A DNA stretch of 64,000 nucleotides from Thermoplasmatota archaeon (GCA_040751795.1 JBFMHR010000005.1:212141-276140), one strand, 5' to 3'; counted from the stretch's first letter, positions 46,177 to 56,008 are shown. Made by a program: numbers and translations. The notes: a model not told the origin generated them from the sequence alone.

Positions 46177-47415
46177 ATGGCGCTTGAGTACCTGAAGGGA
46201 GCACCGAGAGCGTTCAAGGTGCTCATCGCCAGCGCGCTCATCGAGAACATGGCGTTCGGGCTGATAATCCCGCTCCTCACGATCTACATGGTCATGGACA
46301 TAGAGATATCCGAGTCCCTTACGGGCGTGGTGCTCGCGGGCTACACGCTCTCCGGCATACCGGGAACCATAGTCGGCGGCATGCTCGTGGACAAGATAGG
46401 CAGGAGGACCGTACTCCTCGCCAGCCTCGGCTTCATGTCCCTGACGGTCTTCATGTACTTCTTCGCCTTCGACTTCGTGACGTTCCTGCTGGTCGCGATG
46501 GCCGACTCGTTCGTCGGCTCGCTGTACATGCCGGCCGCCAACGCGATGATCGCCGACGTCATACCTTCGAGGGACAGGCCCAAGGCGTACAGCACGCTGA
46601 GGATAGCTTGGAACGTCGGGATGGTCTTCGGCCCCGCGGCGGGCGCCGTCCTCGTGGCCGCATACTCGATCAAGGTGCTGTTCCTGTTCGGCGCGCTGAT
46701 ACTCCTGGGCGCCTTCCTCATGAACCTCGTCTTCATCCCGGAGACGAGGCCCAAGGAGACCGGTGAGGCGGTCACCTTCAGGAAGTGCGTCGCGGTGGCC
46801 AGGGACCGTCCGTTCCTGCTGATAAGCGCCATGAGCGGCGTCCTCTTCCTCTGCATGACCCAGTTCATGACCGCGCTCCCCATCTACATGACGGCCGACC
46901 TTGGCGAGCCCGAGTCCTCGATCGGCCCGCTCTGGGCCCTCAGCTCCGGCCTGATCGTGGTGCTGCAGCTCTGGGTCACGTCCCAGACGGTGAAGTTCAG
47001 GCGCTCCGTCGTGCTCATGTCCGGCCAGGTCGTGCTCGGCGTGGGCGTGGGGCTGATCTACCTCGCGACCGACTTCCTCTCGCTCGCGGCTTGCGTCGTG
47101 ATCATCACGTTCGGCGAGCTGGTCTACATGTCGATACTCGGGGCGATAATCGCGGACATGGCCCCGGAGGAGAAGAGGGGGATCTACATGGGCTTCTCGG
47201 GCTTCATGCAGACCTTCGGCTGGGGCGTGGGCATGTTCCTCGGCCTCTGGATGCTCGACATCCTGCCGGACCGCGCGACGCTGTGGCTGATATTCGGGGG
47301 GATAGCCGTCGCTTCGAGCACGGCCTACCTCTTGTTCGGGCGCATGATCGGGCCGGCCAAGAACCACCCCGACAGGCACAGCGCCCCGAAGGCGGAGCCG
47401 GGGCTCACGCATTGA
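46177..47415 (+). CDS. MFS transporter
   Basis: GGMLVDKIGRR motif A, NVGMVFGPAAG, 12 TM, IADMAPEEKRGIYMG. Confidence 0.93.
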   Translation: MALEYLKGAPRAFKVLIASALIENMAFGLIIPLLTIYMVMDIEISESLTGVVLAGYTLSGIPGTIVGGMLVDKIGRRTVLLASLGFMSLTVFMYFFAFDFVTFLLVAMADSFVGSLYMPAANAMIADVIPSRDRPKAYSTLRIAWNVGMVFGPAAGAVLVAAYSIKVLFLFGALILLGAFLMNLVFIPETRPKETGEAVTFRKCVAVARDRPFLLISAMSGVLFLCMTQFMTALPIYMTADLGEPESSIGPLWALSSGLIVVLQLWVTSQTVKFRRSVVLMSGQVVLGVGVGLIYLATDFLSLAACVVIITFGELVYMSILGAIIADMAPEEKRGIYMGFSGFMQTFGWGVGMFLGLWMLDILPDRATLWLIFGGIAVASSTAYLLFGRMIGPAKNHPDRHSAPKAEPGLTH

Positions 47416-47475
47416 GCCATGGTGTGGAAAACTGAAAGGGTAAAGGGTTTCGCTCGCTCACAGGGTGACGCGCGC

Positions 47476-48021
47476 CTAGAAGCGCCTGCGGCCCTTGTTC
47501 ATGTAGCTGGGCCTGTCGTCGTCCCTGTCGCGCCCGCCGAAGTCGCCGCGGGGTCTGCCGCCACGGTCGCCGCCGCGTGGCCTTCCGCCACGGTCGCCAC
47601 CGCCGCCGCCACCGTACCGCCTGCGCTCCTGCTCGTACTCCTTCTCGCTCATGTTCGGCTCGGCCGCGGTCGAGTCGAGGGTCTTCTCGGCCTTCGACAG
47701 CTGGCCGTACTTGCCGACGTTCAGGCGCATGTGCCCTCTGACGAGGGACACGTACCCGTTCTTCACGGCGAGTGTGTCCTCCTTGGCTATGGTCCCGATC
47801 TGGTCGTCCCACAGGGACATGACGATCGAGCCCGTCTCATCGGCGAGGGTGGCCTCCGCGACCCTCCTCGTGTTGCCGAACCGGCCGGGTATGTCCTTCG
47901 GCTCGCTGACATCCATGCACTTGGCCAGGACATCCACCCTCTTGGACTGCGGGGTGAGGTCCTTTATCTTCGTCTCTACGCTCTGGCCCTCTTCCGGGGC
48001 GCTTCCAACGCTCTCTTCCAT
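47476..48021 (-). CDS. ssb: Single-stranded DNA-binding protein (single OB fold, RGG-rich tail)
   Basis: KIKDL..RVAEATLADETGSIVMSLW..NGYVSLVRGHMRLNVGKYG..NMSEKEYE, then a GGDRGGRPRGG tail. Confidence 0.9.
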   Translation of the reverse strand: MEESVGSAPEEGQSVETKIKDLTPQSKRVDVLAKCMDVSEPKDIPGRFGNTRRVAEATLADETGSIVMSLWDDQIGTIAKEDTLAVKNGYVSLVRGHMRLNVGKYGQLSKAEKTLDSTAAEPNMSEKEYEQERRRYGGGGGGDRGGRPRGGDRGGRPRGDFGGRDRDDDRPSYMNKGRRRF

Positions 48022-48262
48022 GTCTATTCTTCCTTTTTGGTGTGCAGAATTGCATTCCGTCGCGGCTACGCGGAAAATCAAACTATCGGCGTCAAAACAT
48101 CGCGCTGTTCGGCTTTTCCCGTGTCGTTCGGCACACAACTCGTGCTGGGTACCCATTTATTCCGGTCATTATTAATAACCTTCGCCGTTACGGCCACCGG
48201 CAGGGTGCCGGAACGTCTGGGTTTATCCACTCCTTTGCCGCGAACGTGGCGGTTCCCCATGG

Positions 48263-48276
48263 GAAAGGGATAAATA
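48263..48276 (+). promoter_or_regulatory. BRE-TATA promoter of the glutamate-synthase-like operon
   Basis: GAAAGGGATAAATA. Confidence 0.55.
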
Positions 48277-48502
48277 CGCACCATGCGTACGCCGTTTGCG
48301 TTTGAGCGGAAAGACGCCATTGGGGGCCGTTGAAGTACATCCGCGAACCACACGCGACACCCGTGCTGTGGTCCTACAGGGCGCCTCCGCTCTTGATTCG
48401 GAAGGGACCAGAAGGGACTTCTGTTCCTGAGGGGGGATGCACGTGGGAAGCGATGACCTAGGGCGGGCCATTTCCTCCGACCCCCATCGCTCTCCGCGGA
48501 CC

Positions 48503-50428
48503 ATGTTCAAGGCCAAGGAGGAGCCCCCGCAGGGCGCGGTCCACCAGCGGCTTCTAGGGTCGTCCCTGTCCGGCGCGAGGGTCGCCTCGTCCCCGGGCGA
48601 GGTGATGCTGTTCTCGAGGGACCAGTCCGAGATCCCGCGCTTCCTCAGGCAGATACTGTTCGACTCGACCCCGGACGCCGTCGTCCACGCGGAGTCGGAG
48701 GAGGCCGTCCTCGCGACGCTCAGGTTCGCTTCGTCGGCGGGCACGGCCGTCGTCCCTCGCGGGGCCGGCTCGTCGCCCTTCGGCGGCTCGATGCCCGTGA
48801 AGGGCGGGATCGTGCTCGACCTCTCCAGGATGGACAGGGTCGTGGCCATAGACGCGGCGGCCATGACCGCGACGGTCCAGGCCGGCGTCCGCTGGGCGGA
48901 CCTCGACCACGAGCTGGGGAAGAGGGGCCTCTCTCTCATGACGTGCCCGTCCAGCAAGTTCTCGACCGTCGGCGGCTGGGCCGCGACGGGCGGCGTGGGG
49001 ATGAACAGCTTCTCGAGGGGCCGCCTGATGTCGAACGTGCTGGCCGTGGAGGTCGCCACTCCGGGGAAGGGCGTCGTGAGGCTCACCCAGGCCGACATGG
49101 AGTTCCCGCTGGTCTTCGGGAGCGAGGGCCAGCTGGGCGTCATCACCTCCCTGACTCTTCAGGTGAAGCGCCTCGCCGAGCGCCCGAGGCCCCGCCTCCT
49201 CATGTTCGCGGACCACGCGAGCGCGTTCTCCTTCGCCGAGGAGGCCGCGAGGTCGGTCAAGCCAGCCCACATATTCTACGAGAGCGCCCTCAGGGTCTCA
49301 TACACCAACAGGATGCTGGACGCGGAGCGCATCGCCACGGGCGACGCCCTCGTGGTCCACATCGAGGACGACGCCGGGCAGAAGGCGTTCGACTCGCTCG
49401 TCGCGTCCTGGCACCTCACCGAGCAGCCCGAGTACGTGGCCAGGTACGTCTGGAACGAGCGGTTCTTCCCCATGAAGATCCGCAGGTTCGGGCCGGGGAT
49501 GCTGGGCCTCGAGGTGGTCGCCGCGAAGAGGTCGCTCGACGCCCTCATCTCGTCCGTATCCTCGATGTCCAAGAGGCTGGACCTCGCACCCATGTTCGAG
49601 GTCCACATGCTCCCGGGGGACGAGGCGCTCGTGCTCTGCTTCTTCATGACGGACCAGGGGAACACCCTGCTCTACACCCTCGACGCGATGAAGTCCCTCC
49701 TGCTCACCAGGCTGGCGGTCGAGGAGGGCGCCAAGCCCTACTCCGTCGGCGTCTGGAACCACGCGTTCTCCGACGTCGCGGAGAAGGGGCGGAAGGAGGA
49801 GATGCGCCGTCTCAAGGCGGCGTACGACCCCATGGGCGTCATGAACCCTGGCAAGTACTTCTCCCTCTCGGGCAGGTTCGGGGGGCTGAGCGGCATGGTC
49901 ATGGAGCCGAGGCTCATGGGCCCGCTCCTCGGCGCGGTGCTGAGGATGTCGCCACTCGTCCTCCCGGTCCTCCACATGGCCACCAGGTTCGCGAAGGAGA
50001 ACCTCGCGCCCAGGAGCCGCCCGGCCGACCTGAGGACCGCCGACGAGTGCGCCATGTGCGGCGCATGCGTCGGCGTGTGCCCGGCCTACCTGGCGGTCGG
50101 CGACGAGCGCGTCACCGCGAGGGGGAAGCTGCTCACGGCGAGGGCGATGGCCTCGGGCGCCAGGATCTCCAGGGAGCACGCGCACCGCGCGTTCCTCTGC
50201 ATGAGGTGCAAGGCCTGCGAGCAGGTGTGCCAGTCCAAGCTGGAGCTCATACCGTTCTACGAGGAGCTGGAGCGCAGGCTGGAGCGCCAGTTCGGGCGGG
50301 ACGCGAAGGAGGTCGAGGCCTTCGTGAGGTTCTGCGAGGCCTCGCCGGAGTACGACGAGCTCGTGAGGCGCGGCCTCGTCATAGGCGCGCCCAAGCACAG
50401 GGGAGGGGGTGGCCCGGGTGAGGTATGA
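48503..50428 (+). CDS. FAD-linked oxidoreductase (GlcD/D-2-hydroxyacid dehydrogenase-like) fused to a C-terminal 2x[4Fe-4S] domain
   Basis: PDAVV, PRGAG..FGG, STVGGW, GSEGQLGVIT, LKAAYDPMGVMNPGK, CAMCGACVGVCP, CMRCKACEQVC. Confidence 0.9.
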   Translation: MFKAKEEPPQGAVHQRLLGSSLSGARVASSPGEVMLFSRDQSEIPRFLRQILFDSTPDAVVHAESEEAVLATLRFASSAGTAVVPRGAGSSPFGGSMPVKGGIVLDLSRMDRVVAIDAAAMTATVQAGVRWADLDHELGKRGLSLMTCPSSKFSTVGGWAATGGVGMNSFSRGRLMSNVLAVEVATPGKGVVRLTQADMEFPLVFGSEGQLGVITSLTLQVKRLAERPRPRLLMFADHASAFSFAEEAARSVKPAHIFYESALRVSYTNRMLDAERIATGDALVVHIEDDAGQKAFDSLVASWHLTEQPEYVARYVWNERFFPMKIRRFGPGMLGLEVVAAKRSLDALISSVSSMSKRLDLAPMFEVHMLPGDEALVLCFFMTDQGNTLLYTLDAMKSLLLTRLAVEEGAKPYSVGVWNHAFSDVAEKGRKEEMRRLKAAYDPMGVMNPGKYFSLSGRFGGLSGMVMEPRLMGPLLGAVLRMSPLVLPVLHMATRFAKENLAPRSRPADLRTADECAMCGACVGVCPAYLAVGDERVTARGKLLTARAMASGARISREHAHRAFLCMRCKACEQVCQSKLELIPFYEELERRLERQFGRDAKEVEAFVRFCEASPEYDELVRRGLVIGAPKHRGGGGPGEV

Positions 50429-51809
50429 GAGGTACCACATACCGATCGAGACGGTCGCCTCCACTGCGCCCCCGGTGCCCAAGTTCGTCATCACCAGGGC
50501 CGACAACTGCGTCAACTGCGGCAAGTGCGAGAAGGCCTGCATATTCGGCGTCCACAAGAGGAAGGAGTCCGACCCGAGGGAGATGGCCGACCCCCTCAGC
50601 CACCTCTGCAAGAACTGCTTCAGGTGCGTCTCGGACTGCCCGCAGAGGGCCCTCACGATGTCCCCCGGCCAGGAGTACAGGGCGCTCGGGCGCGGCATCT
50701 GGACGCCGCTCAGGATCACCACCATCTGGGGCGAGGCCGAGACCGGGAAGATACCCGTGCTCGGCGCGGGCTACAGGGGCATGTTCGCTGGCCCGGACTA
50801 CGACGGCATGTGGACGGACATGTCGGAGATAGTGAGGCCCACGAGGGACGGCATCCACGGGCGCGAGACCATATCCACGAGCGTGGACATCGGGCGCAAG
50901 CCGCTCTGGCTCGAGTTCGACCGGGACGGCAGGCTCGCCACCCCGCTGCCGCCAGTTATGGAGCTGTCCATCCCCATGATGTTCGATGCGACCAGGCTCG
51001 GCGCGGCCGGGCCAGGGGTGCTCGCGGGCCTCGCCATGGCCGCGAAGGAGCTGGACACGCTCCTCCTGGTGCCTCAGGAGATGGTGACCGAGGGGCTCCT
51101 CGACGCGGCGGCGGGGAACCTGGTGCCCGTGCTCCCGGAGGGCGCGGACCCTGGGACAGTGGGCGTGGACCCGAGGGCGCGCATGGTCGAGTTCAGGGTC
51201 AGCGGCTCCTGGAAGGCGGCGTGCAGGACGTTGACGAGGCGATTCCCGGACAAGGTGCTGGCCATCAGGCTCCAGGCGTTCAGGGGCGTCGAGGAGACGG
51301 TCCTCGAGATGGCGGAGGCCGGGGTGCCGGTGGTGCACCTGGAGTACGACGAGGATGGCAGGGAGCAGGGGATGGGCGAGACAAGGCACGCCAAGGACTC
51401 CCTCAGGGCCGTCCACACGGCGATGACGGCGAAGGGGATCAGGGACGCAGTCACCGTTGTCGCGTCAGGGGGCATAGCCGCGGCGGAGCACGTCCCCAAG
51501 ACCGTCGTGTGCGGCGCGGACGCCGTGGCGCTGGAGACGGCCCTCATGGTCGCCCTGAGCTGCAGGCGCTGCGCGGAGTGCGACGTCCAGTCGTGCCCTG
51601 CGATGATCGGCAAGGCCGCCCCCGAGTGGGTGGAGGGGCGCGTCCGCAACATGGTCGGCGCCTGGAGGGACCAGATGCTCGAGATGCTCGGCGCGATGGG
51701 CATCAGGGAGGTCCGGAGGCTGAGGGGCGAGGTCGGCCGCGCGATATTCTACGACGACATCCAGAGGGAGTTCCTAGCGGGGCTTTCGGGGGGTGGAGGC
51801 CATGGCTGA
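50418..51809 (+). CDS. Glutamate synthase FMN-domain paralog with N-terminal ferredoxin (degenerate)
   Basis: CVNCGKCEKAC, CKNCFRCVSDCP, RDAVTVVASGGI, CRRCAEC..CP; lacks QGAKPG and TGEGG. Confidence 0.85.
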   Translation: MRYERYHIPIETVASTAPPVPKFVITRADNCVNCGKCEKACIFGVHKRKESDPREMADPLSHLCKNCFRCVSDCPQRALTMSPGQEYRALGRGIWTPLRITTIWGEAETGKIPVLGAGYRGMFAGPDYDGMWTDMSEIVRPTRDGIHGRETISTSVDIGRKPLWLEFDRDGRLATPLPPVMELSIPMMFDATRLGAAGPGVLAGLAMAAKELDTLLLVPQEMVTEGLLDAAAGNLVPVLPEGADPGTVGVDPRARMVEFRVSGSWKAACRTLTRRFPDKVLAIRLQAFRGVEETVLEMAEAGVPVVHLEYDEDGREQGMGETRHAKDSLRAVHTAMTAKGIRDAVTVVASGGIAAAEHVPKTVVCGADAVALETALMVALSCRRCAECDVQSCPAMIGKAAPEWVEGRVRNMVGAWRDQMLEMLGAMGIREVRRLRGEVGRAIFYDDIQREFLAGLSGGGGHG

Positions 51810-53313
51810 GACCCCCGACCGGTACGCTGACTCCTTCCCGGAGGTCGCGCTGGCCCCCGTCGAGAGGCTCCAGTTCATGAACCGATACACGGTCCGCAGG
51901 GCCGAGACATGCATCTCCTGCGGCCTCTGCGAGTCCCTGTGCCCGTACGGGGTGCACAAGCGTATAGAGGGGCACGTCAAGATCCTCCCGCCGGACGACA
52001 GGAGGTGCATCGGCCCGTCGTGCTCGGTCAACTACTTCTTCTGCGTCGCGAACTGCCCGACGAAGTCCCTGTCGGTGGTCGAGAGCGACAACTACTCGTG
52101 CCTGGGCGACGCCCGATGGCCCGTCGAGATGATCATGGCCACGTGGCGGCAGGCGGAGACGGGGAGGCCCATCCCGCTCGACCACCCGGGCAACGTCGGC
52201 AGATCCGGGGGCGGCTTCGACAGGCTGTACTTCAGGCTCCCGGAGGCCAAGCGCAGGTTCGACCCCGAGGGGATAGGCACCTCCATCCAGCTCAACAGGC
52301 GCAGCTCGGGGGAGCGCATCGAGATACCCATTCCCGTGTACGGCGGGGGCATGTCCTTCGGCTCGATAAGCGTCCACACGATGGTCGCGAGGGCCAAGGC
52401 GGCGAAGATGTGGAACACCTTCATCTGCACTGGGGAGGGCGGGTACCCGGACGCGCTGATACCGTTCCAGGACCATGTCATAACCCAGATCGCCACGGGC
52501 CTCTTCGGCGTCAGGGAGCAGACCATCCAGCGCTCCCGCATACTCGAGTTCAAGTACGCCCAGGGGGCGAAGCCGGGCCTGGGCGGCCACCTCCTCGGCG
52601 ACAAGAACACCCCGGACGTGGCGCGCATGAGGGAGGCCGTCCCGTACACGAGCCTCTTCTCGCCGTTCCCCTTCCACAGCGTCTACTCGGTCGAGGACCA
52701 CAAGAAGCACCTCGACTGGGCGGCCGCGATCAATCCCAGGGCACTGATCTCGGTCAAGGTGTCCACGCCCAACGACGTCGAGATGGTCAGCGTGGGGAGC
52801 TACTACGCCGGGGCGCACATAGTGCACCTGGACGGCGGCTACGGCGGCACGGGCGCCGCCCCGGAGATCGCCAAGAAGAACATCGCCATGCCCATCGAGT
52901 ACGCCATCCCCAAGGTCCACAGGTTCCTCATCAACGAGGGCATCAGGGACGAGGTCACGCTGATCGCCAGCGGAGGGTTGAGGACGGCGATGGACGTCGC
53001 CAAGGCGATCGCGCTGGGTGCTGACGGCGCCGTCATAGGCACTTCGGACCTCGTCGCCGTGGGCTGCGTGAGGTGCGCCAACTGCGAGAGCGGAAGGGGC
53101 TGCCCGCGCGGGATAGCCACGACCGACCCGGAGCTCCAGGCGATAACCGACTCGGACTGGGGGGCCCAGAGGATCTACAACATGTACTCCGCTTGGAGGC
53201 ACCAGTGGCGCGAGCTCCTGCACAGGCTCGGGATGAGGGAGATCTCGGAGCTGAGGGGCAGGACCGACCTCCTGGCGCACGGGGACAACCCCGCGAGGGA
53301 GGTGGGCAAGTGA
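51802..53313 (+). CDS. Glutamate synthase FMN-binding subunit (GltB2-like) with N-terminal ferredoxin
   Basis: GGMSFGS, CTGEGG, EFKYAQGAKPGLGGHL, SPFPFHSVYSVED, DGGYGGTGAAP, SGGLR, GCVRCANC..CPRGIATTDP. Confidence 0.93.
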   Translation: MAETPDRYADSFPEVALAPVERLQFMNRYTVRRAETCISCGLCESLCPYGVHKRIEGHVKILPPDDRRCIGPSCSVNYFFCVANCPTKSLSVVESDNYSCLGDARWPVEMIMATWRQAETGRPIPLDHPGNVGRSGGGFDRLYFRLPEAKRRFDPEGIGTSIQLNRRSSGERIEIPIPVYGGGMSFGSISVHTMVARAKAAKMWNTFICTGEGGYPDALIPFQDHVITQIATGLFGVREQTIQRSRILEFKYAQGAKPGLGGHLLGDKNTPDVARMREAVPYTSLFSPFPFHSVYSVEDHKKHLDWAAAINPRALISVKVSTPNDVEMVSVGSYYAGAHIVHLDGGYGGTGAAPEIAKKNIAMPIEYAIPKVHRFLINEGIRDEVTLIASGGLRTAMDVAKAIALGADGAVIGTSDLVAVGCVRCANCESGRGCPRGIATTDPELQAITDSDWGAQRIYNMYSAWRHQWRELLHRLGMREISELRGRTDLLAHGDNPAREVGK

Positions 53314-55940
53314 GCGGGCAGGCCAGGGCCATCATGGAGTCCAGGTCGTGGATGGCCGGGTGCGCCGCGTCCGGCTCGCGGATGATGGAGGCCGAGGGCG
53401 GCTGCGGCGTCGTCGGCCTGGCCAGCTCGGTACCCATCGCCGGGAAGCACATACTCGGCCCCCTGGTGCAGATGCACAACAGGGGCAACGGGAAGGGCGG
53501 CGGCATCGCGGCGGTCGGACTGGACGCATCCCAGCTCGGCGTCTCCGAGGAGGTCCTGAAGGAGGACTACCTGGTCCAGGTCGCGTACCTGAAGCGCGAC
53601 GTCCGCACATCGCTAGAGTCGGAGTTCATCTCGCCGTTCTACCGGGTCGACAAGAGGTACAAGGTCGAGACCAGCAAGGACCCGGCGGTCGTCAAGTCCC
53701 TGGAGGTGAAGCCCCCGGAGGTCTGGCGGTACTTCTGCAGGGTCAAGGACGAGGTGCTGGACGAGTTCATCAGGTCCTCGGGGCTCGACAGGCTCCCGAG
53801 GCGGAGGGCCGAGGACGAGTTCGTCTACCAGAACAGCTTCAGGACCAACCACAAGTACTACGCCTCCTCGGGGATGTCGGCGTTCGTCATGTCCCACGGG
53901 CGCAACATGCTCGTACTCAAGATCGTGGGGTACGCGGAGGACGTCATCACCTACTACGGCATGGAGGACTTCAAGGCCCACATCTGGATCGGGCACCAGC
54001 GCTACCCCACCAAGGGGCGCGTATGGCACCCCGGCGGGGCCCACCCGTTCATAGGCCTCGACGAGGCCCTCGTGCACAACGGCGACTTCGCCAACTACCA
54101 CACCGTCTCGGAGTACCTCGCCCAGAGGAACATAGTCCCGCTGTTCCTCACCGACACGGAGGTCTCCGTCCTCCTGTTCGACGTGCTGAACAGGACCTAC
54201 GGCTACCCGCTCGAGCACATCATCGAGGCGCTGGCCCCGACGACGGAGAGGGACTTCACCCTCCTGCCGGAGGAGAAGCAGAGGGTGTACAAGGCGCTCC
54301 AGAGGACTCACATCCACGGCTCGCCTGACGGCCCGTGGCTCTTCATCATCGGGAGGAACTCGTACTACGACGGGAGGCTCCAGCTCATGGGCATCACCGA
54401 CACGTCGATGCTGAGGCCGCAGGTCTTCGCCCTCGTCGACGGCGACGTCCAGATCGGCCTCGTCGCCTCGGAGAAGCAGGCCATCGACTGCGCCCTCAAG
54501 AGCATCTCGGAGGAGATGCCCTCCGTGCCGAGGTACGCCGACAGGTACTGGAACGCCAGGGGCGGCAGCCACACCGACGGGGGCGCGTTCGTCTTCTCGC
54601 TCCACCCGCAGCCCGAGTCCCCGGGCTCGCTCAGGCTCATATGCAGCAACAAGTTCGGCTCGATGGTCACGGCGCAGCACTCCTCCTGGAGCCGGTCGGA
54701 GGACTACGAGATGACCAAGCGGATCGCGCGGTCCCCCAAGGGCACCGACCTCGGCGACGCCTTCGCCTCGCGCAAGGAGGCCATATCCGAGTTCAGGCTC
54801 TTCGAGCGGAGGCTGCCGGAGCTGAAGGCGGCGGAGCTGAGGTCCCTGTTCGCCCAGGTCATCAAGTCGGCGTCGGAGAGCGACCTGGCGACGGACGAGT
54901 ACCTGGAGATACTCACACTCATGATGGACCGGAGGTACGCCACCGGCCCGTTCAGGCGGAGCAGGATCGTCGAGAAGGCGAACGAGGCCGTGGAGGCCAT
55001 ACTGAGGGGCCTGCCGCGCATCGAGTCCAGGGGGACGCACAACTACGTCCTCGTGGACAAGGGGAACAAGGACAGGCTCCGCCCGCCGGCGTCCCCCTAC
55101 GGCAAGCTCGTGATCGACTGCGGAGGCTTCCCGATGGAGGGCGAGGGCGGCGTCTCGTTCGTGATCAAGGCGGCGAGGGAGCTGGGGTGGAACAGGGTGA
55201 TCGCGTTCGGCGCCCACGGCCAGAGGTTCTTCGGCTGCGGGCTGGGGCCGAGGTCCAAGGGCTTCAGGCTGGACGTGTACGGCAACCCGGGGGACTACCT
55301 CGCGTCCGGCCTCGACGGGGCGGAGGTCGTCGTGCACGCCAACGGCCAGGACCAGCTCGGGCAGATACTGAGCTCGGGGAAGCTGGTCGTCCACGGCGAC
55401 GTGGGCCAGACCTTCCTCTACGGCGCCAAGGGCGGGGAGGCCTTCGTGCTCGGGAACGCGGCCGGCCGCCCGCTCATAAACGCGGTGGGCAAGCCGCGCG
55501 TGGTCATAAACGGCACCTGCCTGGACTACCTGGCGGAGTCATTCATGGCCGGCAACCCGCTGTACGGCGGCGGCTTCGTCGTCCTCAACGGCGTGGCGTT
55601 CGACGGCGAGGGGAACCTCGCGGAGCTGCCGGAGCCTTACCCCGGAGGCAACCTGTTCTCGCTCGCCTCCGGCGGCGCCATCTACGTCCGCGACCCGAGG
55701 AAGCTGGTGGGCGAGGAGCAGCTCAACGGAGGGCGGATCACGAGGCTCATGCCCCAGGACTGGGAGCTCATACTGCCCTACCTGAGGGAGAACGAGCGCC
55801 TGTTCAACATCCCCGTCGAGGACTTCCTGCTCAAGGTGGACGGCGTGAGGAAGCACCCCGAGGACGTCTACCGGAAGATCGAGGCCATGCCGCGCATCAC
55901 GCTTGCGGGCAAGACGCAGGTGCAGGACCTGGGCGAGTGA
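53310..55940 (+). CDS. Glutamate synthase type-2 amidotransferase domain fused to a GXGXG domain (GltB1-GltB3)
   Basis: EGGCGVVG, GHQRYPT, GAHPF, VHNGDFAN, TDTEV, DGPW, LRP; C-terminal GQRFFGCG, GNPGDYLASGLDG, DYLAESFMAG. Confidence 0.92.
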   Translation: MSGQARAIMESRSWMAGCAASGSRMMEAEGGCGVVGLASSVPIAGKHILGPLVQMHNRGNGKGGGIAAVGLDASQLGVSEEVLKEDYLVQVAYLKRDVRTSLESEFISPFYRVDKRYKVETSKDPAVVKSLEVKPPEVWRYFCRVKDEVLDEFIRSSGLDRLPRRRAEDEFVYQNSFRTNHKYYASSGMSAFVMSHGRNMLVLKIVGYAEDVITYYGMEDFKAHIWIGHQRYPTKGRVWHPGGAHPFIGLDEALVHNGDFANYHTVSEYLAQRNIVPLFLTDTEVSVLLFDVLNRTYGYPLEHIIEALAPTTERDFTLLPEEKQRVYKALQRTHIHGSPDGPWLFIIGRNSYYDGRLQLMGITDTSMLRPQVFALVDGDVQIGLVASEKQAIDCALKSISEEMPSVPRYADRYWNARGGSHTDGGAFVFSLHPQPESPGSLRLICSNKFGSMVTAQHSSWSRSEDYEMTKRIARSPKGTDLGDAFASRKEAISEFRLFERRLPELKAAELRSLFAQVIKSASESDLATDEYLEILTLMMDRRYATGPFRRSRIVEKANEAVEAILRGLPRIESRGTHNYVLVDKGNKDRLRPPASPYGKLVIDCGGFPMEGEGGVSFVIKAARELGWNRVIAFGAHGQRFFGCGLGPRSKGFRLDVYGNPGDYLASGLDGAEVVVHANGQDQLGQILSSGKLVVHGDVGQTFLYGAKGGEAFVLGNAAGRPLINAVGKPRVVINGTCLDYLAESFMAGNPLYGGGFVVLNGVAFDGEGNLAELPEPYPGGNLFSLASGGAIYVRDPRKLVGEEQLNGGRITRLMPQDWELILPYLRENERLFNIPVEDFLLKVDGVRKHPEDVYRKIEAMPRITLAGKTQVQDLGE

Positions 55941-56008
55941 CCTCCGCGCGCCCCGCCCGGAGCGGCGTTCGAGGCAATCTTGATATACACCGACCCGGCA
56001 TGCCCTGT

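Noticed and set aside
47500-47620. GC-rich repeats as a DNA repeat element
   Set aside because: They encode the Gly/Arg-rich SSB tail
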